From: Nitrospirota bacterium
Lineage (GTDB): Bacteria; Nitrospirota; UBA9217
Direction of reading: 5' to 3'
Assembly (NCBI GenBank): GCA_963740085.1
Contig: CAVUCU010000005.1
Location: forward strand, 32,001-96,000
Length of the DNA stretch: 64,000 nt
Part shown: piece by piece, positions 37,696 to 49,415 of the stretch
Layout: the number at the start of each line of letters is the position of its first letter
How positions within the stretch are numbered: the first letter of the stretch is position 1
Notes under the pieces: generated by a model
Database searches by the model: none
The model's input: only the letters and a program-made list of their open reading frames with translations
Told to the model about the DNA's origin: nothing
Made by a program: the position numbers and the translations under genes

Positions 37696-38366
37696 TTATT
37701 CCTTCTTTAAAGCTGCGGCCACAACTTCTATTTCTTTCCAAACATCCTTGCTACTCCGGAGATACACAGTCACAGCCGCGGGGTCTTTCCGCAAATACGC
37801 CGCGATCTCTCGCCCTGTATAACCATATTCCTTCGCTAGAATACTGAAGAGTGGTCGAGCAGTCAAGATATTTGTGGTTCTCTCCATGATCGCAGATCCT
37901 CAAGCGAAACGGCGCACTGCCGAGCAATCTCTCCTGCTAGCCGGGGCAAGACGTCTTCCTGCTTGATTGTTGCTCCGTCGTTCATGAACATCGAGTACTG
38001 TTTTCGTGCTCTGCCTTTGTTCTCGGAAAACATTCTGAGAACAAGGTCGGTGTCAAGCAATTCTGACAGCTCCGTTTTTGTGCCCACGGTCTTGTACCTT
38101 CGGTTATAGTACATGGTATACCTCTGGTTAACGCCCTGAAGGATTTTGGAGAGCGGAATGGCCCTGGTTTCAATCAGAAGGTGCACATGGTTGGACATGA
38201 GTATGTATGCATAGAGATGAAAATGATAGCGTTGTTTGTAGCCGATAAGTATTTCAAGAAATTTACGATAATCGAGGGGATCTTTAAATATCTTCTGCTT
38301 CTGGTTTCCTCTGGTGATTACATGATAAAAGGCGCCTTCGTATTCAATTCGGGGTTTTCTAGCCAT
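37696..38366 (-). pseudogene. REP-associated-type tyrosine transposase with DnaA_C-like HTH tail; internally deleted and frameshifted
   Basis: MARKPR...YHVITRGN and MSNHVHLL HUH motif present. The catalytic YIxxNP segment is absent. HTH tail YTGREIAAYLRKDPAAV lies in a second frame. Confidence 0.8.
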
Positions 38367-38371
38367 GGCAG

Positions 38372-38400
38372 AGGATAGAAAATATCCCGACGGGCGTCAA
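38372..38400 (-). promoter_or_regulatory. Sigma70-like promoter of the Y1 transposase, likely leaderless
   Basis: TTGACG-17-TATCCT, then 5 nt to ATG; the -35 box abuts the inverted repeat. Confidence 0.6.
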
Positions 38401-38486
38401 TAACTCAATCTTTAAGTCTGACCCCGTACGCCTCCGAGGGGCCAGCCACGTTCCAATGATTCGGCAGCGCAAACTTATTTTAATCT

Positions 38487-39532
38487 TTAATCCGACAGAA
38501 ATTCCCCGAGCGATTGAAGCGGTTCGATATGATCACAAAATATTTTAAAGATCGTAAGCATCGGCACGGCGATCAGTGCGCCGACGATTCCCCATAGCCA
38601 TCCCCAGAAGATGAGCCAGACAAAGATGACGACCGGGTTCATTGAAAACCGCGCGCCGAGGACCATTGGAGTTACCAGTTGGGACTGAAGAAGCTCGATG
38701 GAAAGATAAATAATCGGAGCAAGAACTGCTTTTTGCATGTCATCTATAGTCCCCAAGGCGACGATGGTAACGAGCGTAATGCCGACCAGCGGTCCGAGAT
38801 AGGGGATATATATGAGCAAAGCGGCCATTATTCCCCAAAGTACGGGGTCGGCATCCCGACGAGATGCAGTCCCACTACGAGCACGATACCCTCACCGGCG
38901 TTGATCATGGTCACCGTCAACAGGTATCGCGAAATCGTTTTCTCTATCTCATTCACAAACTCCTGCACTTTTTCCTTTTTTTGATTCTGCCGAAAAAGAT
39001 GCATCAGCTTTACGACAAAATGGTCGCCGGAGGCAAGAAGAAAAAAAAGAAGGATGAGAACAAGACCGGTCTTGGTCAAAAAAGCTTTGGCCTCTGAAAG
39101 AAATGTCAAGGTCAGGTTCGGAATTGGGTCTGGAGGTACAGCTTCGGTTTTTTTCTTCTCGCCGGCCCCTGCGGTTTCTTTTAATTCGTCGGCAGTTTTC
39201 ATTGCCTTTTTTATGGGCTTCATGAACCTTTTGGACTTTTGCACTACCTGATGGAACGTCTGAGGCGCCTTCTCGATCCATTCCTGGACAGGATCAGCAA
39301 GCCTCGCCATACCAAACCCGACGATCGCCAGAAACGAGATCAGGACCAGAGCTGAACTTGCCGCCTCGGGAACCTTAATCGTCTTTAACATCCTGACGAT
39401 CGGCCTCAGGAGAAAAGTAAAAAAAAGGGCCAGGATTATAGGAAGGAGTACGGCACGGGCAAAATATGCAGTATAGAAAAGGGCGAGGAGAAACATGCCG
39501 GTAAGGGAAAAGGATAGTAATTTCTGTTTCAC
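38487..39532 (-). CDS. AI-2E family transporter, one frameshift near 38830-38845
   Basis: ORFs 38828-39532 and 38487-38828 join into one PerM-like protein (IPYLGP; WGWLWGIVGALIAVP). Confidence 0.85.
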
Positions 39533-39699
39533 AAGTCACCTCGAAAAAGTGACGAATCCAAGGAGTATTACACATATTACAATCTTAATCATAGAGTGCC
39601 ATGCTACTCACAATTTATTATATCACTTGGTTATAAGGATTTCAGAAAAGCGGATATTTTTAGAGGTGGCCGCGGTCGCAAGAGGGAATCTTCCATAAA

Positions 39700-39888
39700 C
39701 TACTTTAACTTTTTTGGAACTGGCGGCACCTTGGCTCCCTTTGCCCGCGCTTCCGAAAGTCCGATAGCGACCGCTTGTTTTTTGTTTTTTACTTTTACCC
39801 CACTTTTGCCGCTTTTCAGTTCACCTTTCTTAAACCTTTTCATTGCTTCCTCAACCGTTTCCTGTGCCTTCTTACCGTATCTTGCCAT
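39700..39888 (-). CDS. Small basic DUF6496-type protein
   Basis: GELKSGKSG.KVKNKKQAVAIGLSEAR motif; RBS ggagg. Confidence 0.85.
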   Translation of the reverse strand: MARYGKKAQETVEEAMKRFKKGELKSGKSGVKVKNKKQAVAIGLSEARAKGAKVPPVPKKLK

Positions 39889-39977
39889 TTCATCTCCTCC
39901 TTGGTTCTTCATAAGAGTTTTTCTTGTGCAGATTCGGGACATTCTTCTTATTATCGCAAATTATTTCGCTGTCAGGA

Positions 39978-40070
39978 TTACAGAATATGAATGTATCCAC
40001 CGATCGTATATCCGCTTACTAATCCCAGAAGCCACATAATCATAAGAATTACAAAGATCGTCCAAAGCAT
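39978..40070 (-). CDS. lmo0937-family small membrane protein; C-terminus probably corrupted
   Basis: MLWTIFVILMIMWLLGLVSGYTIGGYIHIL; RBS aaggag. Confidence 0.8.
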   Translation of the reverse strand: MLWTIFVILMIMWLLGLVSGYTIGGYIHIL

Positions 40071-40197
40071 AGTATGCTCCTTTTTGAATGAGTGAATTTG
40101 TTCATTCCAAAACAGCCAATTATGAATAAGCGGTGGCTTCTTCAAAAAACAAGGTGGAAAACAGTCGTTTTCCACCTTTGCTTAAATAGAGTCCTTT

Positions 40198-40486
40198 TTA
40201 GTAGCCCGGTTTTCCAGATTTCTCGGCCGCTCCAGGTTCGTCGGTTGGATTCTTAATAACGCCGTCTTCGATCTTGACCTTGTCTCCGACCTTGGTGTCT
40301 TTTACGTCTTGTACATCAACGGTCGTCTCCTTGCCCATATCGTCCTGTATGGTCACCACTTCCTTCGATCCTGGTAACGGAACTGTTAACTCCCATTTTA
40401 TCAGCTCAGGCTGCGAGGCTGAGGCCTGCTAAACTCAGGAGAAATGCCGCGGTCACCAGGACGGTAATAATAGATTTCATCTTCAT
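40198..40486 (-). pseudogene. Small exported OB-fold-like protein, frameshifted
   Basis: RBS ggaggtg; signal peptide MKMKSIITVLVTAAFLLSLAGLSLA; later frame VTIQDDMGKETTVDV...KVGDKVKIEDG. Confidence 0.6.
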
Positions 40487-40532
40487 GTCGGTTCACCTCC
40501 TTTTTTTATCATAAAAAGTTATCAGAGGATGA

Positions 40533-41153
40533 TCAGTACCTGAAGCCGAGATCAATTGTTGCGGTAAATCCGTTCAACTTGACGGGCTGACCTCCGAATT
40601 CCGGCTTGGCCCGGATGTATCTTCCCTCAGCCCCGAGGAAAAAGGTGTCCGAAAAGTTGATGTTCAATCCGACCCCTGCATGGACTCCGTAGGTAACTTT
40701 CGATGAACCGCTGAAGCTTCCGAGATTGCCGCTTACTTCAAGTTTCGTGAAGTAAGCGCCGATCCGACTCGCCGTAGGGCTGGATCGGCCCGAGCGGGAG
40801 AAAGACCTTGGCGCTCGCAAGCACCGGGATGACCTTCAGTTTCGTACTTCCCGGCTCTGCCGCCGGTGAACCCTTGCTCTCAAAGTATCCGGCTCCTAGT
40901 TCAATGCCGAATATGGGTAAGAAGTAATGACCGAACGCGAGCTCTCCATTGAAACCGGTCTTGGTGTCCAAACGACTTGTGCTGCCATTGTTGAAATTGT
41001 CAAGATCGTACGAGTCGCTGGGTGAATAGATCCCTCCCTTGATCACCGTGTAGTTGGAATTTTTTTCCGACGCCGTCTCAGCCCGGGAGGCGGAGGGTGC
41101 AAGAGCGATCAGAACTGCGGACAGAACCAGAGATAGAGCAAAGTGTATTTCAT
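40533..41153 (-). CDS. Small outer-membrane beta-barrel protein, two frameshifts (~41140 and ~40765)
   Basis: Reconstructed signal peptide MKYTFALSLVLSAVLIALAPSASRA; IKGGIYSP; ELGAGYF; C-terminal LGFRY. Confidence 0.8.
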
Positions 41154-41268
41154 GATTACTCCTCCTTTTTTACTTGGAACCCTGTTCCCAAGTATAACCA
41201 CGTTGCAAGGGGCAGGTCACTTAATTTTCAACTATCAACCATTCTGGCTGAGGCCCCGAGGCGCTGCA

Positions 41269-41465
41269 TTAGGCTTTCTTGATATACAAGGCACAGTAGC
41301 CCTCTGGGCTGATCGACCCTCCACGAGCTGACAGGTACCGTCGGCCGTTGGCGTCTTGCCTTGGATGAAGAAGTTGCATTGCTGCATTTCTTATCGCCAT
41401 TCGGCGTGTCTTGGTACTTCGCTACGGCTTTGGTCGATTTTACTGTTGCTGCAAATGCCTTGCCG
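41269..41465 (-). pseudogene. High-potential iron-sulfur protein (HiPIP); two 1-nt deletions, 5' end lost in degraded sequence
   Basis: Reconstructed AFAATVKSTKAVAKYQDTPNGDKKCSxCNFFIQGKTPTADGTCQLVEGSISPEGYCALYIKKA* has four Cys with HiPIP spacing. Confidence 0.75.
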
Positions 41466-43920
41466 CGAAGCGGGCGAGGCGACGCCGCGCGCGCAGCGTG
41501 TGCGACGGGACTGTCGTCTCGCGTGTCCCGTATGGGGCGCCATCTCCGTGTCCGCTCGCGTGGCCGGTCCTCACGCGACGCCCCGGGCGTTCGGTGCGGC
41601 CGCGCCGCTGGGCTCGCGCAGGTGACGATCGCCCGCCCGGTGAGCGCCCGCTGCGATGGCAGAGCGGTCCCCGCTGAGCCGCCGACGCCGGCGGGGTGAC
41701 CCGACCCGCGTGCCGCTCCCGGGCGACTGCCGTCCGAGCTGATTGGGCCGAGACCCGCAGGCGACGACGCCGCTAGACCTTATTCCGCGGCGAGCGGGCG
41801 ACTGTGCGCCCCCCACGCGCCAGCCGCCCCGCCACACCCGCTGGAGACGTTGCGTGACGGCCGCCCACATACCGACCGCCGCGGCCCGCAGGCGGGACGG
41901 TGCGGTGGCGCCGGAGCGGGCCCGGCCGGGCGCGGACGGGCGTGCCGGCCGGGCCCGGACACACCGGAGCGATGAAGAGCAGAGCCGCCGCTTAGTAGCC
42001 GGATATCCGTTGCCATGTTCCGCGCGCGCGGCCCTCCGAGGCGATCCCCGCGCGACGGCGAGCGGCGGCCGGCGCTTGTTGGTCTGAACGGTTCGCGCCC
42101 GCAGAGTGTGCAAGGGGTCCTGCGATGTGCATCCCCCCGATGCCCGGGATGTGCCCCGGCCGGTGCGTTCTACCGATAGAAGCCCTGGCGCGGCCCCGAA
42201 ACAATAGTTCTACCTTAGCCGACACGTGCCAGCCACGTAGGAGCCGACGATAGGCGGCGGCCCAAATAGCAGACACCGGGGAGACGAGGTTCGAATAGCC
42301 GGCATGGAGGGAGAGGGCGGCGGTCCCGGGGCGCCGGGCCGCCGAAGAAAGCGTGGCGCTGAGACGCGGGTGGCATAGGAGACCCCCGGCCCCGGCGCGG
42401 GCCCAGAGCAGACGCAGACCCGCCCGGCCCGTCACACCCGCCGGCCCCCCAGGAGCGGCCGGGGCCCCGGCCGACCCGCCGCCCCGCGCCCCCGGCCGCG
42501 GCGATACCGGGCAGCGCCCGCCGGCCGAGCGGCCTGCCCGGGGAGAACACCGGCGGCCGGCCGCGAGCCGGCAGCGGGCCCGCACCGGCGACCAGGCGGC
42601 CCGGCGGCGGGGCGGCCGAGCGGGACGAGCGCGAGAAGCCGGCCGCGGGCGACGGGGGCGCGGGGCCGGCGACCCGGGCCGAAGACCCCCGGCCCGACGC
42701 GGCCCCCGCGGCCGACGCCGGCCCCGGAGCCCGCCGACGCGGTAGAGAGCCGGTGCCGCCCGGCGGAGAGCCCGCGCCCCCCCCGCCGCGCCGCCGGCGG
42801 CAGGGCAGCGCGCAGAGACGCGCGCCCGGAATAGCGGCGGGCCGGCCCGCCAGAGACCGACCGCCGGCCGCCGGCCCCGGAAGAGCGGCCGCGGCTGACG
42901 TGCCGATGTGGCCGACGCGCCCGGCGAGAGCGCCACCCCCGGGCCGGCGCCGCCGCCGCCCGCGATATACGGTGGCGCGATGCCCGACCGATTGACGGAC
43001 GGGCGGTTGGCCCCCACGGACCCGACGGCGCCGACGATGTCGGCCGAGGAGGCGCGGGCCGAGATGAACCGCCGCCGCCGCACCCTGCCGCCCCCGCGCT
43101 CCGCCGGTCAGTGATACCGAGGCGGTGACCCGCCGGCCGCCCTGGCGAGGCGCCGCGGTCTGACCCGCGCTGCTCCTCAATAGGTGGCGCCTCCGACCTG
43201 GCCGCGGCTCTTCGATCCCCCAGCGGCCGATGGGGAGCTAAACTGCCGGATCCGCGCTGAGCACCGATGGCGCGGGAAGTCAGTACCTGCGCCGGTGCTG
43301 AGGGCGGGCAAAGAGATGCCACGGCCGGTAGCGAGGGTCCCTGAGCCGCCACCCTGGCCGGCCTGGCCGCCACCGATATAATCGATCGGGATGAACCGCC
43401 GCCCCAGGTGGGACCGTCGAACGGATGCCGAGTGGATCGTGACGAGTGCCGATGGTGAGCCGGGAAGTGAGGGGCCAGGGCGCAGGTGAGCCGATATCCC
43501 CGTCGCCAAGAAGATGGCGGGACTCGCCGAAGGCCAGCCCGATAATGGTGCACCGGCCCGAGGGAGATGTACGTCCCGTGAGGCGGATGCCGAGCCCTCT
43601 CCCGAACGCCCACGGCAGACGAGCCGATATCGGGAATGGACGCGGCGCGCTCCCGCCGGGACGGTCAGTGCAAGCACGGAACCCCCCCCCGGGCAGCCGT
43701 GGCAGATAGTGCCTGTTCTCTGTGCCAAGTGCGCGCAGTCGGCCGGGCCAGGGAGTGGGACCACACGGTCACTGCGCCGGTAGCGCGGCTGGATATCTCT
43801 GACCCTGCGATGGGCCATGGCCGAGACTGCAGCCCGCCATACCCTTGGGATGACGCCGAAAGCCTTGTCCGATGATCCAGACCTCCGGCGGCAGGTCGTG
43901 ACTCTTACAGATCCCAGTCG
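41466..43920. other. GC-extreme uninterpretable tract, probably low-quality read sequence
   Basis: Abrupt composition shift; only Arg/Gly/Ala/Pro junk ORFs; bounded by a broken gene and a homopolymer. Confidence 0.7.
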
Positions 43921-44164
<244 letters not shown>

Positions 44165-44606
44165 GAAGTACTTCTTGCCGTTCGAATATAGCATAAAATG
44201 AATATTTCAAGAAGCAATTTACGATTCTAAGAGCAGCGTATCGATTGGGCTGAGCATAGTGAGCCAACATCTTCTTCAAATTGCGGAAAGCAGCCTCCAG
44301 CCTCCAACCTCCCGGCTCTCACCGCGTACCTGGATGAACTCGTAATAACGACGGCGGCTCGCACTCGATGACCATCGCGCGCCCGGTGCCGGGATGACGA
44401 AAGCTCAGAATTGCGGCATGAAGATGGTAGCCCGGGTCGCCGGGCAAGGCATGTGTATCCGGCAGGGGCAAACCGCCTGCGCCGTACAGAGGATCGCCAA
44501 CCAGAGGGTGTCCCGAGGATGCCAGGTGAATGCGGATCTGGTGTGGACGGCCTGTCTCAATTCGGACATCACAGAGGAAGGAATCTTCGCGGCGTTCGAT
44601 GACGGT
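44165..44606. repeat. Second copy of the direct repeat
   Basis: Matches 37233-37667. Confidence 0.9.
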
Positions 44607-45263
44607 CACGTCAGACAAAGCGGATTTGCCTTCTTGGGACGCGGCATGCACCGAGCCGAGCAAGGCGTGCGGCACCGAGCCGATAGGCGTCGAGATCGTC
44701 GTCTCATCCCAATCGGGACGCCCGCTCGCAAGCGCGCGGTAGCGTTTGCCGACCTGCCTTGCCGACCATTGCCGCATCAATTCCGTCCGCGCATGGTCGT
44801 TCCGCGCGCACAATACTATACCGGATGTCCATCGACCCAATCGATGGAGGGGAGCGGCGTCAGGCGCTTGGACCCGCACGAGGTGCAGCAGGGTTGACTG
44901 AAGGAAATTAGCACCGGGAAGCGTTGGCAGTCCCGCCGGCTTGTTCACTGCTATCACGTCATCATCTTCATATAAAATGGGAAATGACCTTGGGGCATCG
45001 GGTTCGATCCACGGCGGCCGCTGCCACGCCAGTGCGCTTCCCGCGCGCAGTACCCTGTCAGCTTGCGCAGGCAGGTCATCGATAAGCACCTGACCGGAGG
45101 CGATGCGGGTTGCCCACTCCGTTGATGATGAGTGACGATAGCGCTTGCTCAGATAAGCCAGCAGCGTCAGGGAATCAGCAGAAGGGCCGAGTCGTTCACG
45201 GTATTCACAGCCTTCGTTAAGGTGAGTATTTGTGGCGGGATGAAGTATCGATTTAGATGTCAT
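44319..45263 (-). CDS. RluA/RluD family RNA pseudouridine synthase-like protein
   Basis: LYEDDD..AVNKPAGL, HRLGRWTSG, TGRPHQIRIHL, GHPLVGDPLY, LHA. The usual catalytic HRLD reads HRLG. Confidence 0.85.
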   Translation of the reverse strand: MTSKSILHPATNTHLNEGCEYRERLGPSADSLTLLAYLSKRYRHSSSTEWATRIASGQVLIDDLPAQADRVLRAGSALAWQRPPWIEPDAPRSFPILYEDDDVIAVNKPAGLPTLPGANFLQSTLLHLVRVQAPDAAPLHRLGRWTSGIVLCARNDHARTELMRQWSARQVGKRYRALASGRPDWDETTISTPIGSVPHALLGSVHAASQEGKSALSDVTVIERREDSFLCDVRIETGRPHQIRIHLASSGHPLVGDPLYGAGGLPLPDTHALPGDPGYHLHAAILSFRHPGTGRAMVIECEPPSLLRVHPGTR

Positions 45264-45444
45264 AACATATCAGGCTTGATTGGCGTTAGTTTGCTATATG
45301 CTTGCCCTTATTATTTGTAATTGCCCTGTTAAACCTTATTTGCTAATGATTGGCCTTGCCAGGAGCTGATGGTTATGCTCAGCATGGATCGATGAGTGGT
45401 ATCGGCAGCGTAGCGGCTTTGCGAAAGGTAATATTGCAGGTCTC

Positions 45445-45961
45445 GTGATTTGAGTATTTAGAGAAGAGTGATAATGTGATGTTGAAGAGATGTTTATGTG
45501 AGATAAGTGTAGAGAAATTATTTTAAGTTTTGAGTGTTGTTTGTTAATTTAATTGATTGATTGAAATTTTTGTTTTTTGTGTTTGTGATATAGAGAGATT
45601 TAATAAGTGGTGAGAAGATATTATAGAATAATGTATTTTTTGTGGAAAGATAAGTTGTTTTTTATGATGTGTTGTAATGATTTTTATAGTTGTGTGTGTT
45701 TGTTTTTATGATGTGAGTGTTGTTATGATATTTTGTTTTTGGTGGAAGAGGATGTTGTTTTGTGAGTATTGATGATTCTTGTTATGCTTTATATGCTATT
45801 AAAAAGAAAGTATGTTTTTTTAAGTTTTTTATGTAGATGTTTTGATGTTTTTTAATGATAGAATGAAAGATTTTGTTTTTTTATTTTTTTGTTGTTTGTG
45901 TGTTGATATGATAAGTATTGTAGGAATTGTTTTTTTAGATGTGTTGATGTGATGTTTTGTA
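45445..45961. other. C-depleted tract (3 C in 517 nt), probably corrupted coding sequence
   Basis: Direct count; replaces the expected 3' part of the upstream PAS gene. Confidence 0.75.
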
Positions 45962-46480
45962 CTGAACATACAAGGGAGGCTTGTCTTTTCCTTTCAGCCT
46001 GCTTCGCAGGACTGACGCGTCTGTTTGAGGAACGCATCGTCGCAGTGGGCGCGAAATATCTGCTGATCGGACATATCCAGGAGAAAGGAGGTGAACGATT
46101 TATTGAGCAACAGGCGTTTGCTGAGTTCAAGAGTCGCTCGCTCTGATTTATTTCGCATATCATACCTGCTCATCAATCGTAAAATAACTGACTGGCGCAA
46201 AATGATACAGGTCGGCATACTGGTCGCGGGAGGCTCGAGCTCTCTTTCGGCTCTGCGCAGCTCCTCGTTCTGCATTTCCAGCTCGATCTGGTGCGTGCTC
46301 AGTTCGGTGATGAGCTGTTTGTATCCTGCTGGGAAAGCTCTTGCAGCTCTCCGTCTGTTCTTTGAGCTTCTTCTGCGCTTTACGGCGAAGAGCGGCGAGA
46401 TCGGAAGTTTCTGAATTTGCTTTTTTCATGGTGTTAGTCTCTATCCTCTTCTCGTCACTCTCCATCGTGACGAGTATCAT
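45962..46480 (-). pseudogene. PAS-domain signalling protein fragment, heavily frameshifted
   Basis: Pieces LRRKAQKKL, (E)MQNEELRRA and YADLYHFAPVSYFTID are typical of PAS kinases that follow CheB/CheR. Confidence 0.65.
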
Positions 46481-46713
46481 TTGCGTCCGACTCGTTCTGA
46501 TTTATCCGCTGGGCGTTCAGCAGCATCTTCCTTCTGCCTATGCTGGACTATGGTCTACGACGAAGTCTCGGAACTGCGCGCTTTTCGTAAGGATCTCCTC
46601 CAGGAGGGTTCTGAGCTCGGGGATGTTCCACTGCTCGCTGCTGAGTTCGTACACCAGCTTCTTCTCGGTCTCTTCCCGAATAGCTGAAGATCTCGTAGAA
46701 CGACTGTCCTACA

Positions 46714-49415
46714 TCACCGGAGGTCCGCATCGAGGACTAGGAGCGGTTCGCGAACGGTGTCACGATCCCCTCGGCATAGGTGAGGGCATCCTGGAGTGCT
46801 GGGCTCGCTTCTGCTCGGTGATATCGATGAAGGTGATGACGATGCTGTTGATGACATTTTCAACCGTGCGGTAGGGCAGGACTCGCGCCAGGAACCAGCG
46901 GCCGTCCACATGCCGGACGCTTTTTTCCTTTGTCTCGAGGGTCCTGACTGTCTCCTCCGCGTCCGCCACGAGATCGGCATAGTCCAGCTTCACGGAGATG
47001 TCGCCCAGGGGCCGTCCGACGTCGGTCTGGATGATGTTTATGAGGTCCGCGAGCGTGGGGGTAAAGCGCTTGATGCGCAGCTTGCTGTCCAGGAATATCG
47101 TTGCGATCAGGGTTTCTCGAGCAGGTTGACGATATCATTGTTTGCATCGGAAAGCTCCTCGATCTTGTTCTGAAGTTCGGTGTTTACCGTGACCAGTTCT
47201 TCGTTCACGGACTGGAGTTCCTCGCGCGAGGTTTCCAGCTCCTCGTTGGTGCTCTGGAGCTCTTCGTTCGAGGATTGCAGCTCTTCGTTCAGCGATTTGA
47301 GCTCCTCGTTCGAGGTCTCCAGTTCTTCAACCGTGGTCTGTAGACGCTCTCTCGTGGACTTAAGCTCGTACTCCATTGCTGAGACGCGTTCGTCCGCTCT
47401 GACCTTTGCGTGTCCCGCCGCCTTTGTCGTAGCCTTTACCGCTTGCTTGTGCCTTTGGGGGACGGCCTGCTCGTTAAATACGACGAGGAGCAGTCCCTGC
47501 AGATGCTCCGGCTGTTTTACGTAACGAACTTCCAGGTTGACGCTCCTGTGGCCTCCGTTCGATCTGATCTGCAGGCCTTCCACGACCACGTCCTTTTTCT
47601 TGTCCAGGGCCTTGCGGATCGCAGTTCTGAGCTCGATACGCAGGCCCTCGCGAGCCATCTCGAGGATGTTGAGCGCGGCCTTGCCCGAGGCCGGCTCCAG
47701 GAACCTGCCGGTGCGGCCGTGGAAAAAGAGGATATCGCCCTTATCGTTCACCATACAGCTGGGAGGCGCGTACTGCTCGATCAGGAGCTTCTCCATGACG
47801 TTGCTGACCGCGACGTTCACCGGCCCCATGCCTTCAGGAACGACATCCTTTCTTGCCCGGCCTGCCGGGGAAACGGGGTAGCGGAGGTCGACCACGGCGG
47901 CCCGGTTGGCATCGATCTTCTTGGCTGAGAAGACCTTCCAGCGTTTATCGAGGACGGAAAAGAAGTCAACAGAGTCTCCCACGGTCTCCGAAGATCCAAG
48001 GAACAGGATGCCTTCAGGATTCAGTGAGTAATGGAACAGGGGCAGCACCTTTTTCTGCAGCGCACTCCCGAGATAGATAAGGAGGTTCCTACAGCTGATC
48101 ATATCCATCTTCGAGAACGGCGGGTCTTTGATGAGGTTCTGTGCGGCGAAGACCACCATTTCCCTGAGATCATCCCTGATCTGATATTGCTGACCCTTCC
48201 TGATGAAGAAACGCGCCAGGCGCACGGGAGACACGTCGACGGTGATGCTCTCGGGGTACAGGCCAGCCCGTGCGATCTCGATGGCCCTGCTGTCGATGTC
48301 GGTGGCGAAGACTTGGATCTTATAATTGACGTTGTGCTCGTGCATTGTTTCCTGCGCGACCATGGCAAGCGAATAGGCCTCTTCTCCGGTGGAACATCCG
48401 GGGACCCAGATGCGCAGGTTGCTGCCGGAGACCTTGTCTTTGAACATACGGGGGAAGGCTTTCGGTTTAGATGCGAACGCCCGGTATCTGAAAAAGCTGT
48501 TACCCTGATCAGCAGGATGGGATCGCATCGGCTCGTATTCATTGTTCCGAAGGTATGAGACATAGTTGTCCAAGGTATCTATCTGGTGGAGCACCATGCG
48601 CTTCTCGATCCTGCGGACGATCGTGTTCAGCTTGTACTGGGAAAAGTCGTGCCCCATCCGGACCTGATCATCGCGAAGATCTTCTGCAGGGCCGGTGGCC
48701 GTGGACCTGAGGCTAATGAGCGGGTGAAGGTGCTCTTCGTGTAGCGCAGCAGGAGTTCGGGCATTTTTTCCGGCGGGAGAATATAATCGACGAGTCCCGT
48801 GGCTATGGCGGAGGCCGGCATGCCGTCATATTTTGCCGTCTTGACCTCCTGGGCCAGCACAAGCCCTCCTTCGCCCTTGATCGCCTGCAGTCCAAGCGTG
48901 CCCTCCGTGCCCGTCCCGGAGAAGATGATGCATATGGCACGCTCTCCCTGGTCCTTTGCAAGGGACCGGAAAAAGAAGTCGATGGGATGGCGGATGCCGT
49001 GGTATGCTGTGGGTTCGAGCAAATTGAGCGTATTGCCCTCGATGTTCATGTCCTGGTTAGGGGGGATGATGTACACGCTGTTCGGCAGGACCCGCATCCC
49101 CTCTTCAGCCTGCGCGACGTTCATGGAGGTATGCCGTTGAAGAAGTTCCGCCATGATGCTCTTGCGGTCCGGCGAAAGGTGGGGGATCAGGACAAAGGAC
49201 ATGCCGCTGTCCGGGGGCATGTGGCTGAAGAACAGTTCCAGCGCCTCGAGTCCGCCTGCGGACGCCCCGATGCCGACAACATAGGGACCGGCCTTCAGCT
49301 GTTGCATTTCTTCATGGGAAGGGAGGGACGGCTTTACCGCGACCCTGGGTCCTTTGGAGGTTTTCTGACCTTGGGAAGAACGACTGGGAGGCGCTTTTTT
49401 CTTTTTTCGTTCCAT
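46714..49415 (-). pseudogene. CheB methylesterase / CheR methyltransferase / coiled-coil / PAS fusion, several frameshifts
   Basis: [53 protein letters not shown] repeats, LPYRT...ITFIDIT. Confidence 0.9.

Larger units (their letters stand above)
37667..38428 (-). mobile_element. Y1 (HUH) transposase element bounded by 28-bp inverted repeats
   Basis: tatggggtcagacttaaagattgagtta (37667-37694) vs taactcaatctttaagtctgaccccgta (38401-38428): 27/28 complementary, 25 bp perfect. Confidence 0.8.

Noticed and set aside
41466-43920. Foreign high-GC island or viral insert with long Arg/Gly/Ala/Pro ORFs
   Set aside because: The ORFs arise from stop-codon scarcity and have no domain motifs; the tract grades out of a broken gene and into homopolymers
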